Shown here piece by piece: positions 1 through 8,552 of a stretch of 64,000 nucleotides of DNA. Numbering within the stretch: the stretch's first letter is position 1; each line of letters begins with the position of its first letter. The position numbers and the translations under genes were made by a program. Source of the stretch: Longimicrobiales bacterium (GTDB lineage: Bacteria; Gemmatimonadota; Gemmatimonadetes; Longimicrobiales; Gaopeijiaceae); the NCBI GenBank assembly GCA_965116905.1, contig OZ220732.1, positions 2,944,001-3,008,000 of the forward strand, given 5' to 3'. The notes under the pieces are model-generated. The model worked only from the letters and a program-made list of their open reading frames with translations, was not told where the DNA came from and ran no database searches.

Positions 1-3000
1 AGCGGCGCCGCGATCCGCTTCATCACATCGGCCCCCGCGCCCGCGCTCCACATGATCGGAAGCAGCCCGACCACATCGGTCGCGATCGTCATCATGATGG
101 GGCGGACGCGCTGGACCGACCCGCGCCGGATCGCCTGCATCAGCGCGGCCCGGTCGGTGAGCAGCCCACGCTCACGATAGTCGTTGACGGACCCGTTCAG
201 GTAGAGGAGGAAGACGATCGCGGTCTCGGCGTAGAGTCCGGCCAGCGCGATGATCCCTACCCACACCGCGATGCTCAGGTCGTAGCCCAGGATGTGGAGG
301 AACCAGAACGAGCCGGCGACCGCGAAGGGGACGCCCAGCAGGACAAGGAAGGTCTCCGTTACGGAGCGGGTGGTCAGGTAGATGAGGACGAAGATCAGGA
401 GCAGGGTGAGGGGGATGACGTACAGCAGCCGCTGCTGCGCGCGCTCCAGGTACTCGTACTGTCCGCTCCACGAGAGCGTGTAGCCGGGCGGCAGCGCGAC
501 ACCCTCCGCCACCGCCTCCCTCGCACCCTCCACATAACTTCCGACGTCGATGTCGCGAACGTCGATGTACACCCACGCGTTCGGCTTCGCCCCTTCGCTC
601 TTGATGCTCGGGGGGCCGACCACGTACTCCATGCCCGCCAGCCGCCCCAGCGGCACCTGGTGTCCCTCCGCCGTGGCCACCAGCACCGACCTCAGCGCGG
701 GAAGATCGTCGCGCAGCTCGCGGCTGTAGCGCAGGTTGACGGGGTAGCGCTCGAGCCCCTCGATAGTGGTCGTCACGTTCATCCCCCCGATCGCCGTCCG
801 GATGACCTCCTGCACGTCGCGCACCGTCAGGCCGTGCCGCGCGATGGCGTCCCGGTCGATCGCGAAGTCGAGGTAGTTGCCGCCCATCACCCGGTCCGCG
901 TACACGCTGGCGGTTCCGGGAACGTCCCGCACGACGGCCTCCACCTCGCGCCCCAGCCGCTCCAGCACCACCAGGTCCGGCCCCGCGATCTTGATCCCCA
1001 CCGGCGTGCGGATCCCGGTCGAGAGCATGTCGATCCGGCTCCGGATCGGCATCGTCCACGCGTTCGTCAGGCCCGGGATGCGGAGCGCCGCGTCCAGCTC
1101 GTCGATCAGCCTCTCGGGGGTCATCCCGTCCCGCCACTCGCTGCGCGGCTTGAGCGCGATCGTCGTCTCGATCATCGACAGCGGCGCGGGATCGGTCGCC
1201 GAGTCCGCCCGCCCCACCTTCCCGAACACGTGCCTCACCTCGGGGAATGTGTAGATGATGCGGTCCGTCTGCTGCAGGATCTCGCGCGCCTCGGTGATCG
1301 ACACACCCGGGAGCGTCGTGGGCATGTAGAGCAGGTCGCCCTCCCAGAGCGGCGGCATGAACTCGGACCCGAGGCGCGATAGCGGCACCACCGTCGCTCC
1401 CAGCCCCAGCACCGCACCCACCATCACCCACCGGCGCCGCTTCAGCACGAATCCCAGGACCGGCCAGTACGCCCCGCCCAACAACTTCCCCACCGGCGTC
1501 TCCGTCGCGGGCCGTATCCTCCCCCGCACCCAGTACCCCACCAGCACCGGCACCAGCGTCACCGAAAGCAGCGCCGCCGCCGCCATCGCATACGTCTTCG
1601 TGAACGCGAGCGGTTTGAAGAGCCTCCCCTCCTGCGCCTCCAGCGTGAACACGGGCATGAACGACACCGTGATCACCAGCAGCGCAAAGAACAGTGACGG
1701 GCCCACCTCCCGCGCCGCGTTCGCGATGATCTCCCAGTGCGGCCTGCGCCCCCCGTACCGCGCCAGGTGCTTGTGCGCGTTCTCGACCATCACGATCCCC
1801 GCGTCGACCATCGTCCCGATCGCGACCGCGATCCCGCCGAGCGACATGATGTTGAGCGTCAGACCCTGCAGGTGCACCACGATCATCGCCAGCAGGATCC
1901 CCACCGGCAGCGCGATCACGGCCACCAGCCCGCTCCGCAGGTGGAACAGGAAGACCAGGCACACCAGTCCCACGATCAGCAGTTGCTGCGCGAGGCTCAT
2001 GCGGATGCTCCCCACCGCGCGGTCGATCAGCGAGGTGCGGTCGTACGCGACCTCGAGCTCGACGCCCTCCGGCAGTCCCGGCGCGATCTCGTCCAGCCGG
2101 GCCCGCACGTCGCGGATCACGCGCCGGGTATCCGCCCCCGGGCGCACGACGACAATCCCTCCCACCGTCTCCCCTTCCCCGTTCCACTCCGCCAGCCCCC
2201 GCCGCCCCTCCGGCCCCAGGCTCACGCGGGCCACGTCCTCCAGCAGAATCGGCGTCCCGTCCGGCCCCACACCAAGCCCGATCCGGCGGATGTCGTCCAC
2301 TGACCGGATGTACCCCAGCCCCCGGATCATGAACTCCTTTTCGGCCACCTCGATCAGCCCTCCGCCCACGTCGCTGTTGCTCTCCTGAATCGCGGTCCGG
2401 ATCGCCGAAATCGGCAGGTCGAAGGCGCGCAGCCGGTTCGGATCGACCGTCACCTGGTACTGCCGCACGAACCCCCCGACGCTCGCCACCTCGGACACCC
2501 CGGGCACCGCCGTCAGCTCGTACTTGAGGAACCAGTCCTGGATCGAGCGCAGTTCGCCCAGGTCGTGGCGGTCGGACCGGAGCGCGTACATGAACGCCCA
2601 CCCCACACCCGTCGCGTCGGGTCCCAGTTCGGGGGTCACACCGGGCGGCAGCTGGCCCGCGATCGAGTTCAGGTATTCGAGAACGCGGCTGCGTGCCCAG
2701 TAGAGGTCGGTCCCGTCCTCGAAGATGACGTATACGAACGACACGCCGAAGAACGAATAGCCGCGCACCACCTGGGCGAAGGGCGCCGCGAGCATCTGGG
2801 TGGTGAGGGGATAGGTGACCTGGTCTTCGACGATGCGCGGGGCCTGGCCCGGATACTCCGTCTGGATGATGACCTGGACGTCGGAGAGGTCAGGGATCGC
2901 ATCGATGGGCGTGCGGGTCAGCGAGAAGGTGCCCGCGGCCACGATGAAGACGGTGCCGAGGATGACGAGGAGCCGGTTGCGGACCGACCAGTCGATGATG

Positions 3001-3011
3001 TGCGCGAACAT
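1..3011 (-). CDS. cusA: CusA/SilA-type heavy-metal RND efflux permease (3' end runs off the window)
   Basis: Not in the ORF track because it has no stop in the window. Manual translation from ATG 3011 gives MFAHIIDWSVRNR...TPIDAIPDLSDVQVII...LNIMSLGGIAVAIGTMVDA. The Met triad typical of Cu(I)/Ag(I) pumps is present (LYMPTT, LSMIET, IDMLST). Confidence 0.95.
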   Translation of the reverse strand, partial: MFAHIIDWSVRNRLLVILGTVFIVAAGTFSLTRTPIDAIPDLSDVQVIIQTEYPGQAPRIVEDQVTYPLTTQMLAAPFAQVVRGYSFFGVSFVYVIFEDGTDLYWARSRVLEYLNSIAGQLPPGVTPELGPDATGVGWAFMYALRSDRHDLGELRSIQDWFLKYELTAVPGVSEVASVGGFVRQYQVTVDPNRLRAFDLPISAIRTAIQESNSDVGGGLIEVAEKEFMIRGLGYIRSVDDIRRIGLGVGPDGTPILLEDVARVSLGPEGRRGLAEWNGEGETVGGIVVVRPGADTRRVIRDVRARLDEIAPGLPEGVELEVAYDRTSLIDRAVGSIRMSLAQQLLIVGLVCLVFLFHLRSGLVAVIALPVGILLAMIVVHLQGLTLNIMSLGGIAVAIGTMVDAGIVMVENAHKHLARYGGRRPHWEIIANAAREVGPSLFFALLVITVSFMPVFTLEAQEGRLFKPLAFTKTYAMAAAALLSVTLVPVLVGYWVRGRIRPATETPVGKLLGGAYWPVLGFVLKRRRWVMVGAVLGLGATVVPLSRLGSEFMPPLWEGDLLYMPTTLPGVSITEAREILQQTDRIIYTFPEVRHVFGKVGRADSATDPAPLSMIETTIALKPRSEWRDGMTPERLIDELDAALRIPGLTNAWTMPIRSRIDMLSTGIRTPVGIKIAGPDLVVLERLGREVEAVVRDVPGTASVYADRVMGGNYLDFAIDRDAIARHGLTVRDVQEVIRTAIGGMNVTTTIEGLERYPVNLRYSRELRDDLPALRSVLVATAEGHQVPLGRLAGMEYVVGPPSIKSEGAKPNAWVYIDVRDIDVGSYVEGAREAVAEGVALPPGYTLSWSGQYEYLERAQQRLLYVIPLTLLLIFVLIYLTTRSVTETFLVLLGVPFAVAGSFWFLHILGYDLSIAVWVGIIALAGLYAETAIVFLLYLNGSVNDYRERGLLTDRAALMQAIRRGSVQRVRPIMMTIATDVVGLLPIMWSAGAGADVMKRIAAP

Positions 3012-3024
3012 GGACGGGCCTCCT

Positions 3025-4494
3025 TCAGTTGGGGTGCCGGCGGGCCCCCGCCGCCGCGGAATCGCCAGTCGCTGCGGAATCGCCGGCCGCCGCGGAGTCC
3101 CCGCCCATCGCCGGGCCCCCGGCGGGCATCGACTCATGGACCTGGGCCGGTTCCCCCTCTTCCGCACTGCCCGGCAATTGGGAGATCGCCGCCCGCAGAT
3201 TCGCATCGGAATCGATCAGGAATTGCGACGAGACCACGACTGTCTCACCCGCCGCGAGCCCCGATGCGATCTCCACCATCCCCTCGCTCTCGGTCCCGAG
3301 CACCACCTCGCGCGGCTCGAATACCCCACCCCCCTTCGCCACGATCACCACCGTGCGGGTCCCGCTGTGCAGCACCGCCTCGGCGGGCGTCATCACCACG
3401 TCGGGCGCCCCGGTCGTCCGCACGCCCACGTTCACGTACATCATGGGCCTGAGCACCAGATCGGGGTTGGCAACCTCGACGAATGCGGTCAGCGTCCTCG
3501 TCTGCGGGTTCACGGCCGGGCGGAAGAAGAGGATGCGACCGCGCCACTCGCGCCCGGGAAAGGCGTCCGCCTCGACGGCGACCGCCTGCCCTTCGCGCAC
3601 ATGCCGCAGATCGTCCTCGTAGAACTCGGTCTCGGCCCAGAGAGTGGAGTGGTCGGCGATCTTGAGGACCGTCATCCCGGGACTGAGCTTCGTCCCCTCC
3701 AGCGAGTCGCCGATCTTGTCGACGATGAAGCCGCTGGCCGGCGCGAAAACCGTGACCGTTCGCGTAACGTCACCCGACTCCGCGAGCGCGTCGATCTGCT
3801 CTCCGGTCATGTCCCAGTAGAGCAGCCGCTCACGCGACGCCTCGAGTAGCGACCGGGCCCGCTCGATCGCCTCCGGGTAGGCCCCGCCTTCGCCGAGCCG
3901 CTGCACATACTCCATCGCGCCCAGGAACTCCCGCTGCGTGGTGACCAGCTGCGGGCTGTAGATCTCGAAGAGCACATCGCCCCGGGTGACGGTCTCGCCG
4001 ACGTTGTTGACACTCGCACGCTCGATCCAGCCCTCGTACTTGGTCTGCACCGAGACGACCCGTTCCTCGTTGTGCGCCAGGATGCCGACGGTGCGGATGG
4101 AGACGGGAAGGGTGCCGCGGTGCACCATGGCGGTGCGGACCGCGAAGTTCTGCAGAAAGCTCGGGCTGACGCGGATACCGCCGTCGGCGGTGGCTTCGTC
4201 CGCGTACACCGGGACGAGATCCATTCCCATGGGTGACCTGCCCGGGCGGTCCGAGGTGTAGTTGGGGTCCATCGGGGCGCGCCAATACAGAATCTCGCGC
4301 TCGGCGGCAGCCTCTGTGGGCGGGTCGGCTTCACCGGGCATGGTCATGCCTTCGTGGTCTTCGGTGCCGTGTTCCGCGGCCATCCCCGGGGGTCCGCCCG
4401 CCTCGTCTTGCAGCAGCAGCGCCGTCACGCCCGCACCGACCGCAACTCCGATCGCCGCAAACAGGATCCTGTGGACATTCCTGGTGCCGTTCAT
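3025..4494 (-). CDS. cusB: CusB-type RND periplasmic adaptor subunit
   Basis: Heavy-metal-binding motif YWRAPMDPNY...GRSPMGMDLVP, YSPQLVTTQRE, and SSQFLIDSDANL. Lies between the TolC-family gene and cusA. Confidence 0.93.
   Translation of the reverse strand: MNGTRNVHRILFAAIGVAVGAGVTALLLQDEAGGPPGMAAEHGTEDHEGMTMPGEADPPTEAAAEREILYWRAPMDPNYTSDRPGRSPMGMDLVPVYADEATADGGIRVSPSFLQNFAVRTAMVHRGTLPVSIRTVGILAHNEERVVSVQTKYEGWIERASVNNVGETVTRGDVLFEIYSPQLVTTQREFLGAMEYVQRLGEGGAYPEAIERARSLLEASRERLLYWDMTGEQIDALAESGDVTRTVTVFAPASGFIVDKIGDSLEGTKLSPGMTVLKIADHSTLWAETEFYEDDLRHVREGQAVAVEADAFPGREWRGRILFFRPAVNPQTRTLTAFVEVANPDLVLRPMMYVNVGVRTTGAPDVVMTPAEAVLHSGTRTVVIVAKGGGVFEPREVVLGTESEGMVEIASGLAAGETVVVSSQFLIDSDANLRAAISQLPGSAEEGEPAQVHESMPAGGPAMGGDSAAAGDSAATGDSAAAGARRHPN
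3050..3103. repeat. Three imperfect 18-bp tandem repeats encoding GDSAAA/GDSAAT in the cusB tail
   Basis: gccgccgcggaatcgcca / gtcgctgcggaatcgccg / gccgccgcggagtccccg. Confidence 0.85.
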
Positions 4495-5813
4495 GATCCT
4501 TCCTCCTCCGGAAACGCCGAGCCGATGGCCCGTTCCATCTCCGCCAGTGCCTTCATGTAGTCGGCCCGCAGGCGCGCCAGGCCGAGGCGGACGTCCAGCA
4601 GCACCTCTTCGCTGTCCAGCAGCTCCAGCACCCCGGTCACACCGCCGGAATACGCCTCCTCGGTCGCGCGCAGCGCCTGTTCGGCCTGAGGCAGCAGGGC
4701 GCGTTCGAAGAGCGTCAGCTGCCCCTCGATCGTCGTGAGCCGGAACGCGGTCGACCGCACGGCAAGCGCCACACCGTTGGCCGCGTCGCGGTAGGCCTCT
4801 TCGGCGGCGGAGAATCGCGCGGCCGCCTCCCGCACGCCCGCGTCGTAACTGCCCTTGAAGACGGGAATGCTGGCCCCGAGCGTAAAGCTCCAGGTGTCGC
4901 GCCCGTTGTCCGGCGGTGGATTCTCCCGCCCCGGACCGTCCCGGCGGCCGAGCACATTGCCCCAGGCGACACCCACCGTCAGACCGGGGCGGTACCGCCG
5001 GCGCGCCAGGCTCACCCCGTGCTCGTCGCGCTCGATCCGCAGCCGCGCCGACCTCACTTCGGGCCGCTCACCGAGTCCCGTCGCGTGCAGCCTCTCGTCG
5101 TCGAGAGAGACCTCCGGCCGCTCGCCGATCGTCACCGGCGGGACCGGCGCAGTCACCGGCCGGTCCGCCAGCACATTCAGCAGGGCTTCGAAGTCGGTGC
5201 GCTGCCGAAGCAGATCCTGCCGCCGGTTCAGGACCCGGGTGACCTCGGCCTGAAGCTTGATGACCTCCTGCTGCTGCCCGAAGCCCTGCGAGTAGCGAGC
5301 CCGGGCCAGCGTCTCGTAGTGAAGCAGGAGTCCCTCTTCCTCACCCGTGATCCGGAGTGCTTCATCGAGGTACGCGAGGTCGTAGTAGGCCAGCTTCACC
5401 TGGCGGACAACTTCGGCGCGCTTTTCCTGGTACGACTCGCCCTGCATGGCCGACGCGGCCGACGCGATCGCCCGCCGGTCCGCCAGCGTGCCGAACCAGG
5501 GGAGCGACTGCGTGACTGCGACACTCGACAGCTGCGGGCCGACGCGGGTCTGGGGCCCGATGACGTGCTGGGTGAACGAAAGCACGGGATCCGGCAGGGT
5601 CGCCGCCTGCGCAGCGCGCGACTCGGCCGCCCGGGTCTCCAGCAGCGCGGCGCGCACGCGCGGATTGCCCTCGAGTGCCTCGCCGATGAGTGCGGCCAGC
5701 GTCGCGTCGCCGTGGGTGGCGTAGGGCGGCGACTGCGCCGCGGCTCGCGGTGGGGCGACGTATGCCGAAACGGCGATCGCGGAGGCGACCGCCATGGTTC
5801 GCTGTATTGACAT
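4491..5813 (-). CDS. TolC-family outer-membrane efflux protein (CusC role)
   Basis: Signal peptide, OEP-like repeats (ALEGNPRV, QSLPWFGT, VKLAYYDL, LLPQAEQA). 4-bp overlap with cusB. Confidence 0.92.
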   Translation of the reverse strand: MSIQRTMAVASAIAVSAYVAPPRAAAQSPPYATHGDATLAALIGEALEGNPRVRAALLETRAAESRAAQAATLPDPVLSFTQHVIGPQTRVGPQLSSVAVTQSLPWFGTLADRRAIASAASAMQGESYQEKRAEVVRQVKLAYYDLAYLDEALRITGEEEGLLLHYETLARARYSQGFGQQQEVIKLQAEVTRVLNRRQDLLRQRTDFEALLNVLADRPVTAPVPPVTIGERPEVSLDDERLHATGLGERPEVRSARLRIERDEHGVSLARRRYRPGLTVGVAWGNVLGRRDGPGRENPPPDNGRDTWSFTLGASIPVFKGSYDAGVREAAARFSAAEEAYRDAANGVALAVRSTAFRLTTIEGQLTLFERALLPQAEQALRATEEAYSGGVTGVLELLDSEEVLLDVRLGLARLRADYMKALAEMERAIGSAFPEEEGS

Positions 5814-5839
5814 GGTGTCCTCGCCATGGATGGGACACC
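5814..5839 (-). promoter_or_regulatory. Stem-loop occluding the ribosome-binding site of the TolC/cusC gene
   Basis: Transcript reads GGTGTCC-catccatggcga-GGACACC-ATG. The 7-bp stem covers part of the GAGGA SD and every base up to the ATG. Confidence 0.6.
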
Positions 5840-5921
5840 CTCGGTGCGACCGTCTCCAACAAGGAGGGGCCGCCGGGGTGACCTTCAGGTGTGGGGTGCG
5901 CCCCGGGTGGGGCGCGGCAGA

Positions 5922-6251
5922 TCACACCGCGTGGCGGGGAGGGGGTGTCTCGACTGCCAGGTCGGCAGCGATGGGGGTGGGCGGGGTCGCGAAGGCCGCC
6001 CGGACGAGGACGGTGGGGATGCGGATCATGGTGGCCGGATGAGCGGGCCGGGGCGAGGCGATGCTGCAGGCCATGATCATCCGGCAGCCGTGGCCGCCAC
6101 CGTGGTCGGCGGGAGTCGTGCCGGCATGGGTCGCAACGTCGGCGTGACCAGCCGCCATCGCGACCGTGCTACCCCCCATGTCACAGTGCAAACCGGCCAC
6201 GTGGGACCACAAGAGGGCAACAAAGGCGACAAAGGCTACAGGGCGGCTCAT
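5922..6251 (-). CDS. Small exported Cys/His/Met-rich leader protein, CutF/CruR-like
   Basis: Signal peptide, HCDM and HGCRMIMAC motifs, C-terminal VETPPPRHAV. First gene of the cus operon. Confidence 0.7.
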   Translation of the reverse strand: MSRPVAFVAFVALLWSHVAGLHCDMGGSTVAMAAGHADVATHAGTTPADHGGGHGCRMIMACSIASPRPAHPATMIRIPTVLVRAAFATPPTPIAADLAVETPPPRHAV

Positions 6252-6325
6252 GGGTCAAAGTGGGCCAAAGGCCGGTCACGCGTCAACCTCCACCCGGAGA
6301 TTCTGGGCTCCGAGGAAGCCACCCA

Positions 6326-7729
6326 TCACCAGCCCGCCGACAGCCGCAGATGGCCACCATCGAACGGCGCCCGCCCGAAATTGTCCACGTCCCAACTGAC
6401 CCCGGCCGTCACCGCGAAGCCCGACCGGAACCGGTGGCCCGCTTCCGTGATCAGTCGCTGATTCTGCCCGGTGAGCCAGGGCGCCAGGTAGCCCGCATCG
6501 CGGTCCAGGTGGGCGTAGGCCAGGCGGCTCGTCCATCCGGCCTCCGGGTATCGGACGAGAGCCGCCCGGGCGAAAACCGCATGATCACGGTGCTCGCGGC
6601 GGGCGCCCCCTGCCGGCGAGCGCCATTCGGGTCGCCGCACCCGCTCCAGCTCCGTCTCGACCGCCCACGGCCAGCTCAGGCGGGTCCGTGCACGGGCGCC
6701 CACGGTCACCGTTTGCTCGCGCCGTGTGAAGCCGAGCCCGCTCGCGGGGGCCAGCCGCTCGGTGTCGGCCCGCGCCCAGGTGCCGTACAGCGCCAACGTC
6801 ACGCGCTCGAGCGGTGCGACCTGGAGGAGTGCTCCCAGGAACGCGACCCGTTCGAACTGGGTGAACGGAGCAAGACCGGTTGCCGGGAAGGTCACCCGTA
6901 CCTCGCTTCTTCGACTCGATCCCGCGTGCAGCTCCGCTCGCCAGCGTGACGCCGCGGCCCTCAGGGTCGTGCGAGCGGCAAGGGGAGCCCCCGCGTAGTC
7001 GTAGTGGGCGTCCACCTCGTCCGCCCTCACTCCCAGACCCTGGAAGATCGCTTCGTTGAAGGCGTCGAGTGCTGCGAGGCGCACCTCCAGCGTCCAGCTC
7101 CGGTCTTCCCTGTCTCTCCAGGAGCGTGCCAGCGCGAACTCCACGTCTGCGGATGGCTTGAAGTAGTGGACCCCGATCCCCACCTGCGCGTTCCACGACG
7201 TTCCGAGCACGTCGCGCCAGCGCATGCCGACCCACGGGTAGTCGCGCCGTGCCGTGAGCGATCGCTCTCGACGGTAGCGTGCCATCAGGTCCACCGGGCC
7301 GGAGACGTGCATCTCCTGGCGCCAGTCCACGATGTTGAGGATGTGCGGATGGCTGATCGAGGCCCCGGCAATCCGAAGGCCGTTGGGCAGCTCGGACCAG
7401 CGTGCGTCTTCGCCCGGATGGAAGAGGCTCCCGCGGATCTCCAGCTCGTACTCGGCGTGCATTTCAGGGTTGAACCGCTGGAAGATGCCCTCCTCCGCCA
7501 GACGGCCGTAGTAGGCACCGTCGCGGTCGAGTAGGGACAGCCACACCTGATCCGCCCACGTCGCCAGAGTCGCGACAGCCGCCGAGTCGGTCTCGCTCGC
7601 AGGGGAGGTTGCGGATCGCTCTGCGTCCGACTGGGCGCGGAGCGACGGCACGGCCAATGGGGAAGCTCCTGCCAGTAGGGCGGTGGCCGCGAGCCCCCCG
7701 ATTGCGTGCTTGAGCGTCATCCTCGTCAT
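6326..7729 (-). CDS. Hypothetical outer-membrane beta-barrel protein
   Basis: 467 aa, signal peptide, many alternating amphipathic strands, C-terminal Trp (HLRLSAGW). Confidence 0.7.
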   Translation of the reverse strand: MTRMTLKHAIGGLAATALLAGASPLAVPSLRAQSDAERSATSPASETDSAAVATLATWADQVWLSLLDRDGAYYGRLAEEGIFQRFNPEMHAEYELEIRGSLFHPGEDARWSELPNGLRIAGASISHPHILNIVDWRQEMHVSGPVDLMARYRRERSLTARRDYPWVGMRWRDVLGTSWNAQVGIGVHYFKPSADVEFALARSWRDREDRSWTLEVRLAALDAFNEAIFQGLGVRADEVDAHYDYAGAPLAARTTLRAAASRWRAELHAGSSRRSEVRVTFPATGLAPFTQFERVAFLGALLQVAPLERVTLALYGTWARADTERLAPASGLGFTRREQTVTVGARARTRLSWPWAVETELERVRRPEWRSPAGGARREHRDHAVFARAALVRYPEAGWTSRLAYAHLDRDAGYLAPWLTGQNQRLITEAGHRFRSGFAVTAGVSWDVDNFGRAPFDGGHLRLSAGW

Positions 7730-7760
7730 CCTCTACCCCCGCGCTTCCTCGCTCCTGCTG

Positions 7761-8249
7761 CTAGGGCGTGCTCGCCGGGGGCTCCGCGAGCCTGATTTCC
7801 ATCGTGCTCTCCCGCGCCCGCGGTTCGGTCGCCCCCGCCAACATATAGCTGGCCCCCAGCTTCTTCAGGGCGTCGGCATAGGCCTGGTCGACGTCCAGGA
7901 CGATTCCGTCCAGGTCCTGGGGCACCCGTGCCTCAATGTTCACGATGGTCTTGTCGAGCTTGACCTGACCGGCCGGATCCGTCTGAAAAACCGAGTGCCA
8001 GGACGGCTCTCCGTAGGTATAACGCCGGCAGAAGACGCGCTCACCTACCGTGACGAACATGAGTGTGATGAATCGGTGGGTATACCCTGCCCTGATCTCG
8101 TGCTTCAGGGAGTTGTCAACCAGGTCGGCTAACTCGCGCTGAGTCTTCGGGTGTGGCATGGGGCCTCGCATGGCCATTCGGATTGGCCGGAGCGCTTGCC
8201 CGGCCAGCAGTCGCGGTATCCCAAGGGCGGTTTCCAGTAACGATGACAT
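7761..8249 (-). CDS. DUF2255-like protein
   Basis: Good SD (GAGGAG). Pattern FVTVGERVFCRR...SW...GQV...VDQAY...ARESTMEI resembles DUF2255. Confidence 0.6.
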   Translation of the reverse strand: MSSLLETALGIPRLLAGQALRPIRMAMRGPMPHPKTQRELADLVDNSLKHEIRAGYTHRFITLMFVTVGERVFCRRYTYGEPSWHSVFQTDPAGQVKLDKTIVNIEARVPQDLDGIVLDVDQAYADALKKLGASYMLAGATEPRARESTMEIRLAEPPASTP

Positions 8250-8293
8250 GATCGATGTCTCCTCTCACTGACGATCAGCGCTCGCGCGTCACC

Positions 8294-8316
8294 TACTCAT
8301 ATACTCATATACTCAT
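8294..8316. repeat. AT-rich 8-bp tandem repeat (TACTCATA)x2.9
   Basis: tactcata tactcata tactcat in a divergent intergenic region. Confidence 0.85.
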
Positions 8317-8552
8317 GCGTCACGACCGGTTCTTGCGTCCGGACACCGATCCCGTTCCATTTGGGGAGCTTTGCGAAACGCACCCGTCCGGGCAACTCCA
8401 TGGACCACTGCCAGTATCCATGGGGTACAATGAGCATTCCAGACGGCCCTCGCGACCGGCGGGATAGCACCCATGCTCGAAGCCAACACCGCCGGCAAGA
8501 CATTGCGGTGCCTCATCGCCGTTTGGCCGGCCCGGGCGACGAGGCCTGATTC

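Noticed and set aside
172..2601. 809-aa minus-strand ORF and many other long ORFs in the track (e.g. 30072-32408, 46312-48177, 52654-54402, 59373-60953)
   Set aside because: Arg/Pro/Gly-rich alternate-frame or antisense shadows of clear genes, as expected in high-GC DNA.
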